Assembly: GCA_030650425.1 (NCBI GenBank)
Contig: JAUSED010000005.1
Span: forward strand, 142,932 to 206,931
DNA from: Candidatus Omnitrophota bacterium
GTDB lineage: Bacteria > Omnitrophota > Gorgyraeia > Gygaellales > Profunditerraquicolaceae
Length of the DNA: 64,000 nt
Direction of reading: 5' to 3'
Position numbers and translations under genes: made by a program. Shown here one piece after another: positions 46,633 through 57,296 of the stretch. Below the pieces are notes generated by a model. It did no database searches. It was not told the DNA's origin and saw only the letters and a list, made by a program, of their open reading frames with translations. Every line of letters begins with the position of its first letter. Position 1 is the first letter of the stretch.

Positions 46633-48489
46633 ATGCCTAATATTTTTATGGATACTTACGATGTTATAGTTATCGGCGCTGGGCACGCGGGTATTGAGGC
46701 TGCTTTAGCTTCGGCTCGCTTAGGCTGCAAGACGCTTATGTTGACGATGGATATTCATTCCATCGGCCGGATGAGTTGTAATCCGGCAATCGGCGGAGTA
46801 GGGAAGGGACAATTAGTTAAGGAAGTCGATGCCTTGGGCGGTCAAATGGGCCTGGCAGCAGATGCCTGCGGCATCCAATTCAGGATACTTAATGCCTCTA
46901 AAGGCCGGGCAGTACAGTCATCGCGCGCTCAGATTGATATGCATAGATATAACCAGTATATGCAAGAACTGGTTATGCATACTGCTAACCTGGAAATTAA
47001 GGAAGCGGAAGTTAAAAGATTAATCGTTCAAGAAGATCGCGTAAGGGGGGTACTTACTTCTAGGGGGGAAGAGATAGAAGCCAGCACGGTAATTATTGCG
47101 CCCGGGACTTTTTTAGATGGATTAATTCATGTAGGTTTAAAACACTTTAGCGCGGGGCGCCTTAACGAGCCTGCTGCCAGCGGCTTAGGCGATCACCTAA
47201 AGGCATTAGGGTTTGGAGTCTTAAGGTTTAAAACCGGGACCTGCCCGCGTTTGGATAAAAATACGATTAATTATTCCAAGTTGATTATCCAGTATGGCGA
47301 TACAAACCCTAAGCCTTTTTCTTTTGCGACGGATAAGCTTAGCCAAAAACAAATCCCCTGTCATCTAACTTATACCAATCAAGAGACGCATAAAATAATT
47401 TTAGAGAATCTGGATAGATCGCCGCTTTATACCGGCCTAATCAAGGCCACCGGCGTGCGCTACTGTCCTTCCATCGAGGATAAGATCGTCAGGTTCAAAG
47501 ACAAAGAGAGGCATCAGATATTTTTAGAGCCGCAGGGACTGGATACGCATGAAGTTTATCCCAACGGAATTTCTACAAGTTTACCTGAAGATCTCCAGCT
47601 TAAAATAATCCATTCCATCGAGGGGCTCCAAAACGCGAAAGTCATCCGTTATGGTTACGGGATAGAATACAGTATGGTAGAACCTACGCAGTTATATCCT
47701 ACGTTGGAAACAAAGAGGATTAAAAATTTATATCTGGCCGGCCAGATTAACGGGACTACCGGTTACGAAGAAGCAGCTGCTCAAGGTTTAGTCGCCGGGA
47801 TTAACGCGGTTTTAAAAGTTAAAAATAAAGAACCGCTGGTTTTGGACCGCTCTTCCAGTTATATCGGAGTCTTAATCGATGACCTGACCACTAAAGGCAC
47901 GAATGAGCCTTACCGGATGTTTACTTCGCGCGTGGAATACCGCCTGATTTTACGCGAAGATAACGCGGATACGCGTTTAAGTAAGCTTGGCGCAGCGATA
48001 GGATTATTGAGCGAGGAACGTTACGCATTAACCCAGAAAAAAATAAAAGAGATTGAAAGAGGGATAAAATTACTGAAAAACACCAGAATAAAACCTACTA
48101 CGGAGGTTAACGCAGTATTGAGCCGGTTGAATTCTTCTTTGCTGAAAAGAGAGGCAACTTTGGAAGAACTACTCAAGCGGCCGCAGATTGGTTTAGCGGA
48201 TATTCGCAGTTTGGCTAAATTTACTATTGCGCAAGAGGTGGAAATCGAGGTAAAATATAGCGGATTTATCCAGCGCCAGCTCAAGGACGTAGAAAAATTT
48301 AAAAACCTGGAGAAAATAAAGATTCCTGTTTTAATTGATTATGCAATTATTCCCAGCCTCTCGCGCGAGATTAAAGAGAAACTGGGGAAATTTAAACCGC
48401 TTAATTTAGGGCAGGCTTCCCGCATATCCGGGGTAACTCCGGTAGCAATCTCAATTTTAATGATTTATTTAAGGAAACTCAATGGATAA
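46633..48489 (+). CDS. mnmG: tRNA uridine 5-carboxymethylaminomethyl modification enzyme MnmG (GidA)
   Basis: YDVIVIGAGHAGIEAALASAR FAD motif, 618 aa. Confidence 0.9.
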   Translation: MPNIFMDTYDVIVIGAGHAGIEAALASARLGCKTLMLTMDIHSIGRMSCNPAIGGVGKGQLVKEVDALGGQMGLAADACGIQFRILNASKGRAVQSSRAQIDMHRYNQYMQELVMHTANLEIKEAEVKRLIVQEDRVRGVLTSRGEEIEASTVIIAPGTFLDGLIHVGLKHFSAGRLNEPAASGLGDHLKALGFGVLRFKTGTCPRLDKNTINYSKLIIQYGDTNPKPFSFATDKLSQKQIPCHLTYTNQETHKIILENLDRSPLYTGLIKATGVRYCPSIEDKIVRFKDKERHQIFLEPQGLDTHEVYPNGISTSLPEDLQLKIIHSIEGLQNAKVIRYGYGIEYSMVEPTQLYPTLETKRIKNLYLAGQINGTTGYEEAAAQGLVAGINAVLKVKNKEPLVLDRSSSYIGVLIDDLTTKGTNEPYRMFTSRVEYRLILREDNADTRLSKLGAAIGLLSEERYALTQKKIKEIERGIKLLKNTRIKPTTEVNAVLSRLNSSLLKREATLEELLKRPQIGLADIRSLAKFTIAQEVEIEVKYSGFIQRQLKDVEKFKNLEKIKIPVLIDYAIIPSLSREIKEKLGKFKPLNLGQASRISGVTPVAISILMIYLRKLNG

Positions 48490-49150
48490 AAATAAGAATT
48501 ACGTTGGTTTAAAGAAATTCGCCCAGAGCCAAGGAATAGATTTATTCGGCGTGGCGGATATTCAAAGCGTAAAAAATGATTTTAAGTTATCGGAAAACTT
48601 GCTTTCTGAGTTGGATAAAGCGCTTTGTTTAGGGATGAGGCTTGCGCAAAGTATTTTAGCTGAAATTTCAAACGCGCCCACGCGGCTTTATTTCCACCAT
48701 TACCGGACAGTGAACGCGGCTTTAGATCAAGCAGCCTTAAAGACCGCTAACTTTATACAAAATAAGGGATTTAGGGCGCTTCCGATTCCCGCCTCGATCA
48801 TCCTGGATTGGGAAAATCAAACAGCGCACCTCTCGCATAAGAAGCTTGGGGTTTTCGCCGGTCTTGGCTGGATAGGAAGGAATAATCTGCTGGTGAATAA
48901 AAAAATAGGGAGCCAATTCAGGCTGGCCACGATCCTGACGGATATGCCTCTAAAGCTTGACCAGCCGGTTAAAGAAGATTGCGGAAACTGCCGTTTATGT
49001 GTTAATATATGTCCTGCGCAGGCAATTAAAGATAAGCCGGCTGATTTTGGCCACATTAAGTGTTTTGATAAACTGAAAGAATTCCAGAAGAATAAATTGG
49101 TGGATCAGTATATCTGCGGTGTCTGCGTCAATGTCTGTAAGAGTAAATAA
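48482..49150 (+). CDS. 4Fe-4S cluster protein, epoxyqueuosine reductase (QueG)-like, short form
   Basis: CGNCRLCVNICPAQAI ferredoxin motif and QueG-like N-terminus. Overlaps mnmG by 8 nt. Confidence 0.45.
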   Translation: MDKNKNYVGLKKFAQSQGIDLFGVADIQSVKNDFKLSENLLSELDKALCLGMRLAQSILAEISNAPTRLYFHHYRTVNAALDQAALKTANFIQNKGFRALPIPASIILDWENQTAHLSHKKLGVFAGLGWIGRNNLLVNKKIGSQFRLATILTDMPLKLDQPVKEDCGNCRLCVNICPAQAIKDKPADFGHIKCFDKLKEFQKNKLVDQYICGVCVNVCKSK

Positions 49151-49153
49151 TCT

Positions 49154-49624
49154 ATGGCTGATTTATATCTGACTAAAAAAGGGCATCAAAAGTTAGTTGA
49201 AGAGCTGGAGTATTTAAAGACAACTAAGCGCAGGCAGCTTTCTAAAGCTATAGGCGAGGCTCGGGCCCACGGTGATATATCCGAGAATGCCGAGTATGAC
49301 GCGGCCAAGGATGCCCAAGGGATGAATGAAAAAAGGATCGCCGAGCTGGAGCAGAAGCTTTCTTCGGCCCGCATTCTCGATGAGAATATCTCTTCGGATG
49401 AGGTTTTAATCGGCGCGAAGGTTAAACTCAAGGATTTAGCTACGGGTGAAGAATTAGAATACACACTTGTTTCGGGTGAAGAAGCAAATTACGAGGAGAA
49501 CAAGATTTCCATTGCTTCTCCTATTGGCAGCGCCCTGCTGAACCATAAGATTAACGAAGTAGTCGAGATTAAGATTCCCGCCGGCATGATCAAGTATAAA
49601 ATCCTCAAAATATCCAGAGATTAA
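49154..49624 (+). CDS. greA: Transcription elongation factor GreA
   Basis: GDISENAEYDAAKD motif, 156 aa. Confidence 0.9.
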   Translation: MADLYLTKKGHQKLVEELEYLKTTKRRQLSKAIGEARAHGDISENAEYDAAKDAQGMNEKRIAELEQKLSSARILDENISSDEVLIGAKVKLKDLATGEELEYTLVSGEEANYEENKISIASPIGSALLNHKINEVVEIKIPAGMIKYKILKISRD

Positions 49625-49711
49625 ACCTTGACCCCCCTATCAATTTGCGGTAAGATTACTTATTAATTATAAATTGTCGGTAGTTAATCCTTTTAGAGAA
49701 AGTGAGGGAAA

Positions 49712-50197
49712 ATGGAAGAGATATTGGAGATATTGGAAAAAGACGGCCGGATTACTCCCGAAGAAATAGCCAAGATGCTCAAGAAGAAGCCGGAAGAGGT
49801 GAAAGCGGCGATTAAGAAATACGAAAAAGAGGGCGTGATCTTAAAGTATAAGGCGGTAATCAATAAAGATTTAGTGAAAAGCGAGGATTCCAGCGTCCGG
49901 GCGCTCATCGAAGTGAGTATTATCCCGCAGAAAGACGCTGGCTTTGATAAGCTTGCCGAGAGGATTTATTCGTTTCCTGAGGTTTCCAGCTGTTATCTTA
50001 TTTCAGGCACCTATGACCTTTTGGTGATTGTGGAAGGCAGGAATATCCATACGGTTTCCAGTTTTGTCGCCGAGAAACTCTCCTGTTTGGAAAATGTCCG
50101 CAGGACAACCACGCATTTCTTGCTCAAAAAATATAAGGAAGACGGCGTGATTCTGAAGCAAAAAGAAGAGAATAAGAGGATAGCGATATCGTATTGA
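49712..50197 (+). CDS. Lrp/AsnC-family transcriptional regulator
   Basis: N-terminal HTH ILEILEKDGRITPEEIAKML plus RAM-like C-terminus. GAGGG SD. Confidence 0.7.
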   Translation: MEEILEILEKDGRITPEEIAKMLKKKPEEVKAAIKKYEKEGVILKYKAVINKDLVKSEDSSVRALIEVSIIPQKDAGFDKLAERIYSFPEVSSCYLISGTYDLLVIVEGRNIHTVSSFVAEKLSCLENVRRTTTHFLLKKYKEDGVILKQKEENKRIAISY

Positions 50198-50210
50198 AAA
50201 CCAATCAACA

Positions 50211-50296
50211 GTAGGGGCGCTTTCCACTAAACAGAAGGGGACACTTTCCTTTTGAGGCTTTTATTAGAGCCCTGACGGAAAGTGTCCCCTACTAAG
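50211..50296. repeat. Palindromic element with GTAGGGG-degenerate arm, GGGGACACTTTCC arm, 27-nt loop and GGAAAGTGTCCCCTAC arm
   Basis: Immediately 3' of the lrp stop. Same arm sequence as 46555 and 57297. Confidence 0.7.
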
Positions 50297-50322
50297 GTTT
50301 AGAAAGTATCCTCTAGAATATT

Positions 50323-51477
50323 ATGCAAAATATTATTTCTAAAAAAGTAGAACGCATACAGCCATCGGGTATCCGGGCATTTTTTGATTTAGTGCTCGGG
50401 ATGAAGGAGGTTATCTCTTTAGGTGTTGGAGAACCGGATTTTGTCACGCCTTGGGCTATCCGCGAGGCGGGCATCTATTCGCTGGAACAGGGCCTTACCA
50501 GCTATACCTCAAATAAGGGCTTATATAAGTTACGCCTAGGGCTCTCCCGCTATCTAAAGACGAAATATAATCTTGACTATTCTCCCGATGACGAAATATT
50601 GATCACTGTGGGAGTAAGCGAAGGCGTAGACTTAGCCTTAAGGACGATCATCAACCCGCAAGATAAAATAATTATTCCTCAACCGAGCTACGTCTCTTAT
50701 GGCCCGGTCACAGAATTAGCCGGAGGCATACCTATATATATCGATACCACAAAAGATAATTTCAAGCTTACTCCTGAAAAACTAGAAAAGGTGATTGATA
50801 AGAGAACTAGGGGCATCATCTTAAATTACCCGACTAACCCTACCGGAGTTTCGTATCGCTATAAGGAGTTGGAGGCTTTGAATAAAATCATATTAAAACA
50901 TAAGCTCATTTGTTTCTCAGATGAAGTTTATGGTGACCTGACCTATGATTTTAACCACGTTTCTTTCCCTACCTTGCCGGGCGCAAAGAGGAATACCGTC
51001 TATCTTAACGGATTTTCTAAGACCTTCGCGATGACCGGATGGCGCGTGGGATTTGCCTGCGGCCCGAAAGAGATTATCGCGGGGATGACTAAAATCCATC
51101 AATACACGATTATGTGCGTTCCTATAACCAGTCAAATGGCTGCGGCTGAAGCGCTGGTGAGCGGAAAAAAATCCGTAGAAGAAATGAAACGGGAATACCG
51201 CCGTCGCCGCGAGTTTGTGGTGGAAGAGCTTAACCAAGCGGGGCTAACCTGTAATAAGCCGGATGGCGCGTTTTACGCGTTCCCATCCATCAAGAAAACC
51301 GGATTAAGCTCTTTAGAGTTTTCTCAAAATTTACTTAAAGAAGAGAAGGTCGCCGTGGTTCCGGGAACTGCCTTTGGTTCCTGCGGGGAAGGTTATTTAA
51401 GGATTTCTTACGCTTCCAGTATGGATAATCTGAAAGAGGCGTTGCGTAGGATCAAGAAGTTTTTAGATAAGAGTTAA
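50323..51477 (+). CDS. Pyridoxal-phosphate-dependent aminotransferase, class I/II
   Basis: GFSKTFAMTGWRVG PLP-lysine motif, 384 aa. Confidence 0.8.
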   Translation: MQNIISKKVERIQPSGIRAFFDLVLGMKEVISLGVGEPDFVTPWAIREAGIYSLEQGLTSYTSNKGLYKLRLGLSRYLKTKYNLDYSPDDEILITVGVSEGVDLALRTIINPQDKIIIPQPSYVSYGPVTELAGGIPIYIDTTKDNFKLTPEKLEKVIDKRTRGIILNYPTNPTGVSYRYKELEALNKIILKHKLICFSDEVYGDLTYDFNHVSFPTLPGAKRNTVYLNGFSKTFAMTGWRVGFACGPKEIIAGMTKIHQYTIMCVPITSQMAAAEALVSGKKSVEEMKREYRRRREFVVEELNQAGLTCNKPDGAFYAFPSIKKTGLSSLEFSQNLLKEEKVAVVPGTAFGSCGEGYLRISYASSMDNLKEALRRIKKFLDKS

Positions 51478-51479
51478 TA

Positions 51480-52205
51480 ATGGCTAAAACCAAGACAGAT
51501 CATTATGAGGTTTACATCAAGCAGATCGAGGCGCTGGCCAAGGTAGCTAACCTGATTAATTCGGGGATGTATCTTGAAGAACTGCTGCGTTTGATCGTGC
51601 AGGTAACTGCCGAGATCATGAACTCCAAGATTTCTTCGCTGATGCTGCTTGACCCGGCTAAAAATGAATTGGTAGTTAGGGCAACGCAATCCATTTCCGA
51701 GGCCTATAACAAAAAACCGAATATAAAGCTAGGCGAAGGGATTGCCGGTATTGTTGCTCAAGAGAACAAGCCGCTCTGCGTTTTGGATGTCCGAGAAGAC
51801 AGCCGTTATTTAAACCGCGATATTGCTAAAAAAGAAAGACTTTATTCACTGGCCTGCGTGCCGCTTGCGGTTAAGGGGAGGGTTATCGGTGTATTAAACT
51901 GTTATACTTCCAAAAAGCATATATTCTCTAAACATGAACTAGATCTGCTTAGCGCGCTGGCAAATCAGGCTGCGATTGCTATTGAAAACGCCGAGCTGGA
52001 TTTACGGGCGCGCTCTGCCGAAGAGGCTTTGACTACCCGTAAACTAGTTGAACGGGCAAAAGAGATCTTATCGCAAGAGGCGAATATTTTGCCTGCGGAG
52101 GCGTACAGGTTGATTCAGAAGCAGAGTATGGACTCGCGTAAGTCCATGCGCGAGGTGGCTGAGGCGATTATTTTAGCCAAGGATATTAGGGCTAAGAAAC
52201 CATAA
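51480..52205 (+). CDS. GAF plus ANTAR domain RNA-binding antiterminator-type regulator
   Basis: N-terminal GAF fold and C-terminal ANTAR (ALTTRKLVERAKEILS...MREVAEAIIL). Confidence 0.75.
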   Translation: MAKTKTDHYEVYIKQIEALAKVANLINSGMYLEELLRLIVQVTAEIMNSKISSLMLLDPAKNELVVRATQSISEAYNKKPNIKLGEGIAGIVAQENKPLCVLDVREDSRYLNRDIAKKERLYSLACVPLAVKGRVIGVLNCYTSKKHIFSKHELDLLSALANQAAIAIENAELDLRARSAEEALTTRKLVERAKEILSQEANILPAEAYRLIQKQSMDSRKSMREVAEAIILAKDIRAKKP

Positions 52206-52268
52206 TAGGATAACGGATGATGGATTATGGATTGTGGATAAATGAATTCGTAATTTCGTAATTTAGTA

Positions 52269-52296
52269 TTGACAAGTATTAAGTTTGTGGTATACT
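52269..52296 (+). promoter_or_regulatory. Sigma70 promoter (TTGACA-16-TATACT) for the porin-amt-glnK operon
   Basis: Shares the TTGACAAGTA -35 context with the nrdJ promoter. Confidence 0.55.
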
Positions 52297-52299
52297 TTA

Positions 52300-52437
52300 A
52301 TTGTTACAGAGATGTAGCAGTAAGACGTTGAGGTCTTCTGGGTAAGCAAGGTTACCGGAAGGCCTCGTTCATTTTATAGGACTAAGGCGTCCTTTTCCCC
52401 CAAAGAAGGGGCAGAGGGCGTTTTTTTTGCGCCTTTT
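52300..52437 (+). promoter_or_regulatory. Structured roughly 140-nt leader with small hexaloop hairpin (AGAC-gttgag-GTCT at 52323-52336) and GC-rich segment followed by a T8 run at 52421-52428. Candidate attenuator or ANTAR target.
   Basis: Leader lies between the promoter and the porin start. Sits next to the GAF-ANTAR gene. Confidence 0.35.
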
Positions 52438-52457
52438 TACTTAAGGGAGGCAGTAAG

Positions 52458-53252
52458 ATGAAATCAAAAGTTTTGTTTTCTCTGTTTTCTGTTCTTTGTT
52501 TTCTCCCCGCTTTTTGTTACGCCACGCCCTCAACCCTTATCTGGACGCCGTCAACGGATATCCAGCCGTATGGGAAAATACATTTAACGGTCGATAACTA
52601 TACTCCGGTAAGAAGCAGAGATCATAATGATAATCAGCTCTACGTGCAGCAGGTTTACGGCCCAACCTTTAGTTTGTTGTCGGATAAGCCGGAGGATAAT
52701 CTTTTAGGTAAACTTTGGAACCCTTTGGCTAAAATAATGGCGGAGACGGGTTTTGACTATAAAAAGGGGCTCGGTCCAACGTTAGATAAATGGCCGGTCT
52801 ATTTTCATTTTAAGGCCGGCGTTCCGGAGGACGCCTATTTTAAGTATATGCCGGCATTTGCAGTTGGAGCGTATGATCTGGGCTATAAACATAATTTTAC
52901 CAATAATAATGTCTGGTATCTACGAGGGGCAAAAACAATAAGTGCAGGTAAAGTTAATCTGGGAAGGTTTTCCGTAGGATACTTTAACGGAAACGGCAGA
53001 TTATTGCGCGACAAAAATAATGAACGCGATAATAGCGGCCTGATGCTTGCCTGGGACAGGACAATGTGCGAGATAAGCGATAAGTTATGGCTCAGCGTGG
53101 ATTATCAGGGTACGCAGTCAGCCTACGGAGCGCTGAATTATGGCTTATCCTGGAAGTTTACCAAGAATATCTCCGCGATTTTAGCTTACGATGTATATAA
53201 TAATCCAAATTTAAAGAACACGGTCACTTTCCAATTAGACGTCGATTTTTAA
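52458..53252 (+). CDS. Outer-membrane beta-barrel (porin-like) protein
   Basis: Signal peptide, alternating amphipathic strands, C-terminal ...VDF aromatic residue. Confidence 0.55.
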   Translation: MKSKVLFSLFSVLCFLPAFCYATPSTLIWTPSTDIQPYGKIHLTVDNYTPVRSRDHNDNQLYVQQVYGPTFSLLSDKPEDNLLGKLWNPLAKIMAETGFDYKKGLGPTLDKWPVYFHFKAGVPEDAYFKYMPAFAVGAYDLGYKHNFTNNNVWYLRGAKTISAGKVNLGRFSVGYFNGNGRLLRDKNNERDNSGLMLAWDRTMCEISDKLWLSVDYQGTQSAYGALNYGLSWKFTKNISAILAYDVYNNPNLKNTVTFQLDVDF

Positions 53253-53324
53253 AAAGAGGAGAAGGCACCCGGCGCTGATTTGCATTGCGCCGGTGCTGTG
53301 TTCGTACACAAGGAGGGAAGTAAA

Positions 53325-54554
53325 ATGATTAATGCGGGAGATACAGCGTGGGTTTTGATCTCATCGGCACTGGTTTTACTGATGACCCCGGCCTTGGCGT
53401 TTTTTTACGGCGGGATGGTCAGGCGTAAGAACGTCCTAAGCGTTCTGATGCAATGTTTCATTATCATGTGTGTTTTAAGTATTCATTGGGTTTTGATCGG
53501 TTATAGTATATCTTTTGCTCCGGCAAAAGGGTTTTGGGGAGGCTTGCAATGGTTGGGATTGCGTGGCGTGGGTTTAGAGCCGTATACGGATTACGCAGGC
53601 ACGATTCCGCATCAGGCGTTTATGATCTTTCAGGGGATGTTCGCGATTATTACACCGGCGCTGATTATCGGCGCTTTTGCCGAGAGAATGAAATTTTCAG
53701 CGTTTTTGGTTTTTACTCTTTTATGGGCAACTTTTGTTTATGGGCCTTTAGCACATTGGGTCTGGGGTATGGGAGGATGGCTGCGCAATATCGGAGCGCT
53801 GGATTTTGCCGGCGGGACAGTCGTACATATTAATGCCGGTATCGCGGCGTTAGTTACAGCGATAATCTTAGGAAAGAGGACCACCTTAAACAATCATATT
53901 CCCTCTCCGCACAATATGCCTTTTGTGGTTTTAGGCACAGGGCTCTTGTGGTTTGGCTGGTTTGGATTTAATGCCGGAAGCGCTTTGGCCGCAAATGGCC
54001 TGGCAGTAAATGCTTTTGTAGTGACCAATACTGCCGCCGCAGCCGCGGGCCTAAGCTGGGCTTTAATCGAATGGATACATAACGGAAAGCCTACGATATT
54101 CGGCGTATGTTCAGGAGCTGTCGCGGGCTTAGTCGCGATTACCCCTGCCGCGGGATTTGTCAACGCGATTTCCGCGATCGTCATTGGATTATTGGTAAGC
54201 GTATTCTGTTTTATCGCGGTTACCGTAGTTAAACCTAAATTCGGCTATGATGATTCTCTGGATGCGTTTGGCGTGCACTGTGTAGGCGGTATATGGGGGG
54301 CACTCGCCACTGGTTTATTTGCTTCTAAGGCAGTGAATGCCGCTGGAGCAGACGGCCTGTTTTTTGGTAATCCCAAACAGTTTTTGGTGCAACTTCTGGC
54401 CGTAGGCGTAACCATTGTTTATACTGGGATAGTTACTCTGGTTATTTATAAAATAGTTGATTTATTCATTGGTGTGAGGGTGGATGAAAAATCTGAAGCG
54501 ATGGGCCTTGATCTTACCCAGCACCACGAAAGGGCATATACGGTATTAGAATAG
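53325..54554 (+). CDS. amt: Ammonium transporter Amt
   Basis: AAGGAGGGAAG SD before the ATG at 53325 (the track's 53280 start is upstream of the SD). 11-TM Amt family sequence. Confidence 0.85.
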   Translation: MINAGDTAWVLISSALVLLMTPALAFFYGGMVRRKNVLSVLMQCFIIMCVLSIHWVLIGYSISFAPAKGFWGGLQWLGLRGVGLEPYTDYAGTIPHQAFMIFQGMFAIITPALIIGAFAERMKFSAFLVFTLLWATFVYGPLAHWVWGMGGWLRNIGALDFAGGTVVHINAGIAALVTAIILGKRTTLNNHIPSPHNMPFVVLGTGLLWFGWFGFNAGSALAANGLAVNAFVVTNTAAAAAGLSWALIEWIHNGKPTIFGVCSGAVAGLVAITPAAGFVNAISAIVIGLLVSVFCFIAVTVVKPKFGYDDSLDAFGVHCVGGIWGALATGLFASKAVNAAGADGLFFGNPKQFLVQLLAVGVTIVYTGIVTLVIYKIVDLFIGVRVDEKSEAMGLDLTQHHERAYTVLE

Positions 54555-54556
54555 AG

Positions 54557-54595
54557 AAAAGGTGACAGTCACGAATTTCGTGACTGTCACCTTTT
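54557..54595. repeat. Perfect palindrome AAAAGGTGACAGTCACGAA-t-TTCGTGACTGTCACCTTTT between amt and glnK
   Basis: 19-bp arms. Same family as 36224-36262. Confidence 0.75.
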
Positions 54596-54609
54596 CCAGG
54601 GGAGGAAAG

Positions 54610-54951
54610 ATGAAACTTATCATTGCGATCATCCAGCCGCACAGATTAGAAGAAGTAAAGGAGGAGTTATATAAGGCAGAAATTAATTTGATTACCGTAA
54701 GTGAGGTTTTGGGCCATGGCCGCCAGAAAGGCGTTACCGAATTCTACCGCGGGCACAAAGAAACAGGAAACCTGTTAAGGAAGATTCGTCTAGAAATTGC
54801 CGTAAATGATAATTTTACTGAACCGACGATTAAGGCAATTATGAAAGGGGCGAAGACCGGTTCCACCGGTGATGGGAAGATCTTTGTTCTAGACCTAAAA
54901 GACTGCGTGCGTATCCGTACCGAAGAACGCGGCGCAACGGCTATTGGGTAA
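54610..54951 (+). CDS. glnK: Nitrogen regulatory protein P-II
   Basis: [10 protein letters not shown]...GDGKIFV. GGGGAGGAAAG SD. 113 aa. Confidence 0.85.
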   Translation: MKLIIAIIQPHRLEEVKEELYKAEINLITVSEVLGHGRQKGVTEFYRGHKETGNLLRKIRLEIAVNDNFTEPTIKAIMKGAKTGSTGDGKIFVLDLKDCVRIRTEERGATAIG

Positions 54952-55051
54952 ATATGGTTACCAAAGCTAATCTTTTTTTACTTGTATGATTGACGATAGA
55001 TTGAAAGCTAGGGAAGCAAAAAGAATGCCTCTGTTATTTTTTTAGGGATTG

Positions 55052-55060
55052 TGTTATAAT
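55052..55060 (+). promoter_or_regulatory. Extended -10 (TGtTATAAT) candidate promoter for glnN
   Basis: About 30 nt upstream of the GGAGGAAGAA SD and ATG at 55091. Confidence 0.4.
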
Positions 55061-55090
55061 ACAACCATTAAAATAGGCAAGGAGGAAGAA

Positions 55091-57283
55091 ATGAGTATAA
55101 GACAAAAAGTACTGTTTAAGATTAGAAGTATTGAGTTGGCCAAAATCGAAACGCCTAAGAAAGTATCTGCTTATTTCGGCGAGAATACCTTTAGTATGGA
55201 GGCTATGCAGAAGCATATTTCCAAGGATACTTTTGAAGCTTTTAAGACCTGGATGTCTGAAGGCAAGACGATTACTTTAGAGCAGGCGAATGAAATTGCC
55301 AACGCGATGAAGGATTGGGCGATGGCTAAAGGCGCCAGCTATTATACTCACTGGTTTCAGCCGATGACCGGCCTGACCGCGGAGAAACACGATAGTTTTA
55401 TCTCGATTACCGGACCGGGGAAAGTAATTGAAAAGTTTTCCGGAAATAAATTAATTCAAGGTGAACCTGATGCCTCCAGTTTTCCTTCAGGCGGGATCCG
55501 CGCTACCTTTGAAGCGCGTGGTTATACTGCCTGGGATCCTTCCAGCCCCGCGTTTATCATCGAGAGTAAACTCGGTAAAACCCTGTGTATCCCGACCATC
55601 TTTATTTCTTATCACGGCGAGGCCTTGGACAAGAAGTTGCCGCTTTTACGTTCTGACGAGGCATTAAATAAAGCAGCTTTGGGATTATTAAAGCTTTTCG
55701 GTCATAAAGATATCAAGAAAGTATTTTCCACCTGCGGCCCGGAGCAGGAATATTTCCTGATCGATAAGAATTACTATAATCTGCGCCAAGATTTAGTGAT
55801 GACCGGCAGGACTTTAATCGGGGCGCCTTCGCCTAAGGGCCAGCAGTTGGAAGACCAGTATTTTGGAACGATCAAAGAGCGGGTGGTCAATTTTATGTTT
55901 GAGGTAGCCGAGGAAGCATATAAGTTAGGCATACCTGTAATGACCCGGCATAATGAAGTCGCTCCGCACCAGTATGAATTTGCCCCTATTTTCGAAGAGT
56001 CAAATATAGCCGCGGACCACAATCAGCTTTTAATGGAGCTGATGAAGAAAGTTGCTTTAAGGCATGATATGGTCTGTCTTTTACATGAGAAACCCTTTGC
56101 CGGAATAAACGGCAGCGGAAAACACTTGAATTGGTCACTTGCCGATGACAAGGGGAACAATTTGCTTAATCCGGGTCAAACTCCGGAAGACAATTTACAG
56201 TTTCTGGCGGTGTTAGCCGCGGTTTTACGCGCGGTGCACACGCATGCCGATCTCTTGCGCGCCTCAGTGGCGATGGCGGGGAATGAACATCGTTTAGGTG
56301 CCAATGAAGCTCCGCCGGCAATTATCAGCGTATTCTTGGGAGAACAGCTGACCGGGATCCTGAATATGATTGAAAAAGGGGCAAAGTCCAAAGTTTCTAA
56401 GGGCGATATTATCGATTTGGGGATCGGCCGGCTCCCTAAATTTAACAAAGATACGACTGACCGGAACCGCACCTCGCCTTTTGCCTTTACCGGAGCAAAG
56501 TTTGAATTCCGCGCGGTGGGTTCCTCCCAGAATATTTCCACGCCTATCACGGTAATTAATACGGTTATTGCCGAAAGCCTTGATTATGTCGCTGGGAAGA
56601 TTAAAGCAGAATCCAACGGGAAGGATTTTAATGCCGCGGCCCTCAAGGTTATCTCTGAAATAGTTAAAGAAACAAAAGATATTCGTTTTGAAGGGAATAA
56701 TTACGCTGAGGAATGGATAAAAGAGGCAAAGAAGCGCAAGCTTCCTAATGTGGCTTCTACTTATGAGGCCTTGGAAGCTTTAACTAAAGAAAAGAATATT
56801 TCGCTTTTTGAGAAATATAAAGTCTTTTCCAAAGAAGAACTGATTGCCCGTTACCATATTTGGATTCACATGTACAACTTGACGCTTGAGATCGAGGCAA
56901 ATACCTTAAAAGAAATGGTTAATGCTTCGGTTGTCCCGGCGGGTTACGAGTATGAAAAGCTGCTGGCCGGTACTTTACATGAGTTAAACAACCTTAAGAA
57001 ATCAGCCGGCCTTAAGCTGGACTTAGCCGCGTTAAAAGACAAGAAGGAGCATCTTGCTGAGATTGTTGCCAAAATTTACTATGTCAGGCGTAATACCTTA
57101 GAGATGGATAAGCTGTTGGATAAAGCTAAAGAATTAAGCAATGAAAAACGCGCTGAAATTTACTTTAAAGAATTAAAGCCTTTGATGGAGCATATCAGAA
57201 AGCACGTGGATCAACTGGAGTGCGTAGTTTCTGATGACGCTTGGGATTTACCTAAATATCGCGAGATGCTGTTTATAAAATAA
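55091..57283 (+). CDS. glnN: Glutamine synthetase type III
   Basis: About 730 aa, GSIII-length. Start chosen at the SD-preceded ATG. Confidence 0.8.
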   Translation: MSIRQKVLFKIRSIELAKIETPKKVSAYFGENTFSMEAMQKHISKDTFEAFKTWMSEGKTITLEQANEIANAMKDWAMAKGASYYTHWFQPMTGLTAEKHDSFISITGPGKVIEKFSGNKLIQGEPDASSFPSGGIRATFEARGYTAWDPSSPAFIIESKLGKTLCIPTIFISYHGEALDKKLPLLRSDEALNKAALGLLKLFGHKDIKKVFSTCGPEQEYFLIDKNYYNLRQDLVMTGRTLIGAPSPKGQQLEDQYFGTIKERVVNFMFEVAEEAYKLGIPVMTRHNEVAPHQYEFAPIFEESNIAADHNQLLMELMKKVALRHDMVCLLHEKPFAGINGSGKHLNWSLADDKGNNLLNPGQTPEDNLQFLAVLAAVLRAVHTHADLLRASVAMAGNEHRLGANEAPPAIISVFLGEQLTGILNMIEKGAKSKVSKGDIIDLGIGRLPKFNKDTTDRNRTSPFAFTGAKFEFRAVGSSQNISTPITVINTVIAESLDYVAGKIKAESNGKDFNAAALKVISEIVKETKDIRFEGNNYAEEWIKEAKKRKLPNVASTYEALEALTKEKNISLFEKYKVFSKEELIARYHIWIHMYNLTLEIEANTLKEMVNASVVPAGYEYEKLLAGTLHELNNLKKSAGLKLDLAALKDKKEHLAEIVAKIYYVRRNTLEMDKLLDKAKELSNEKRAEIYFKELKPLMEHIRKHVDQLECVVSDDAWDLPKYREMLFIK

Positions 57284-57296
57284 GATAGTGAATCTC

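Noticed and set aside
52300-52400. Possible tRNA or glutamine riboswitch in the 250-nt leader upstream of the porin-amt operon
   Set aside because: There is no cloverleaf and no GTTC-Pu-A T-loop or CCA context. The resemblance to the glnA RNA motif is limited to short strings, so I kept it only as a generic structured leader or attenuator.
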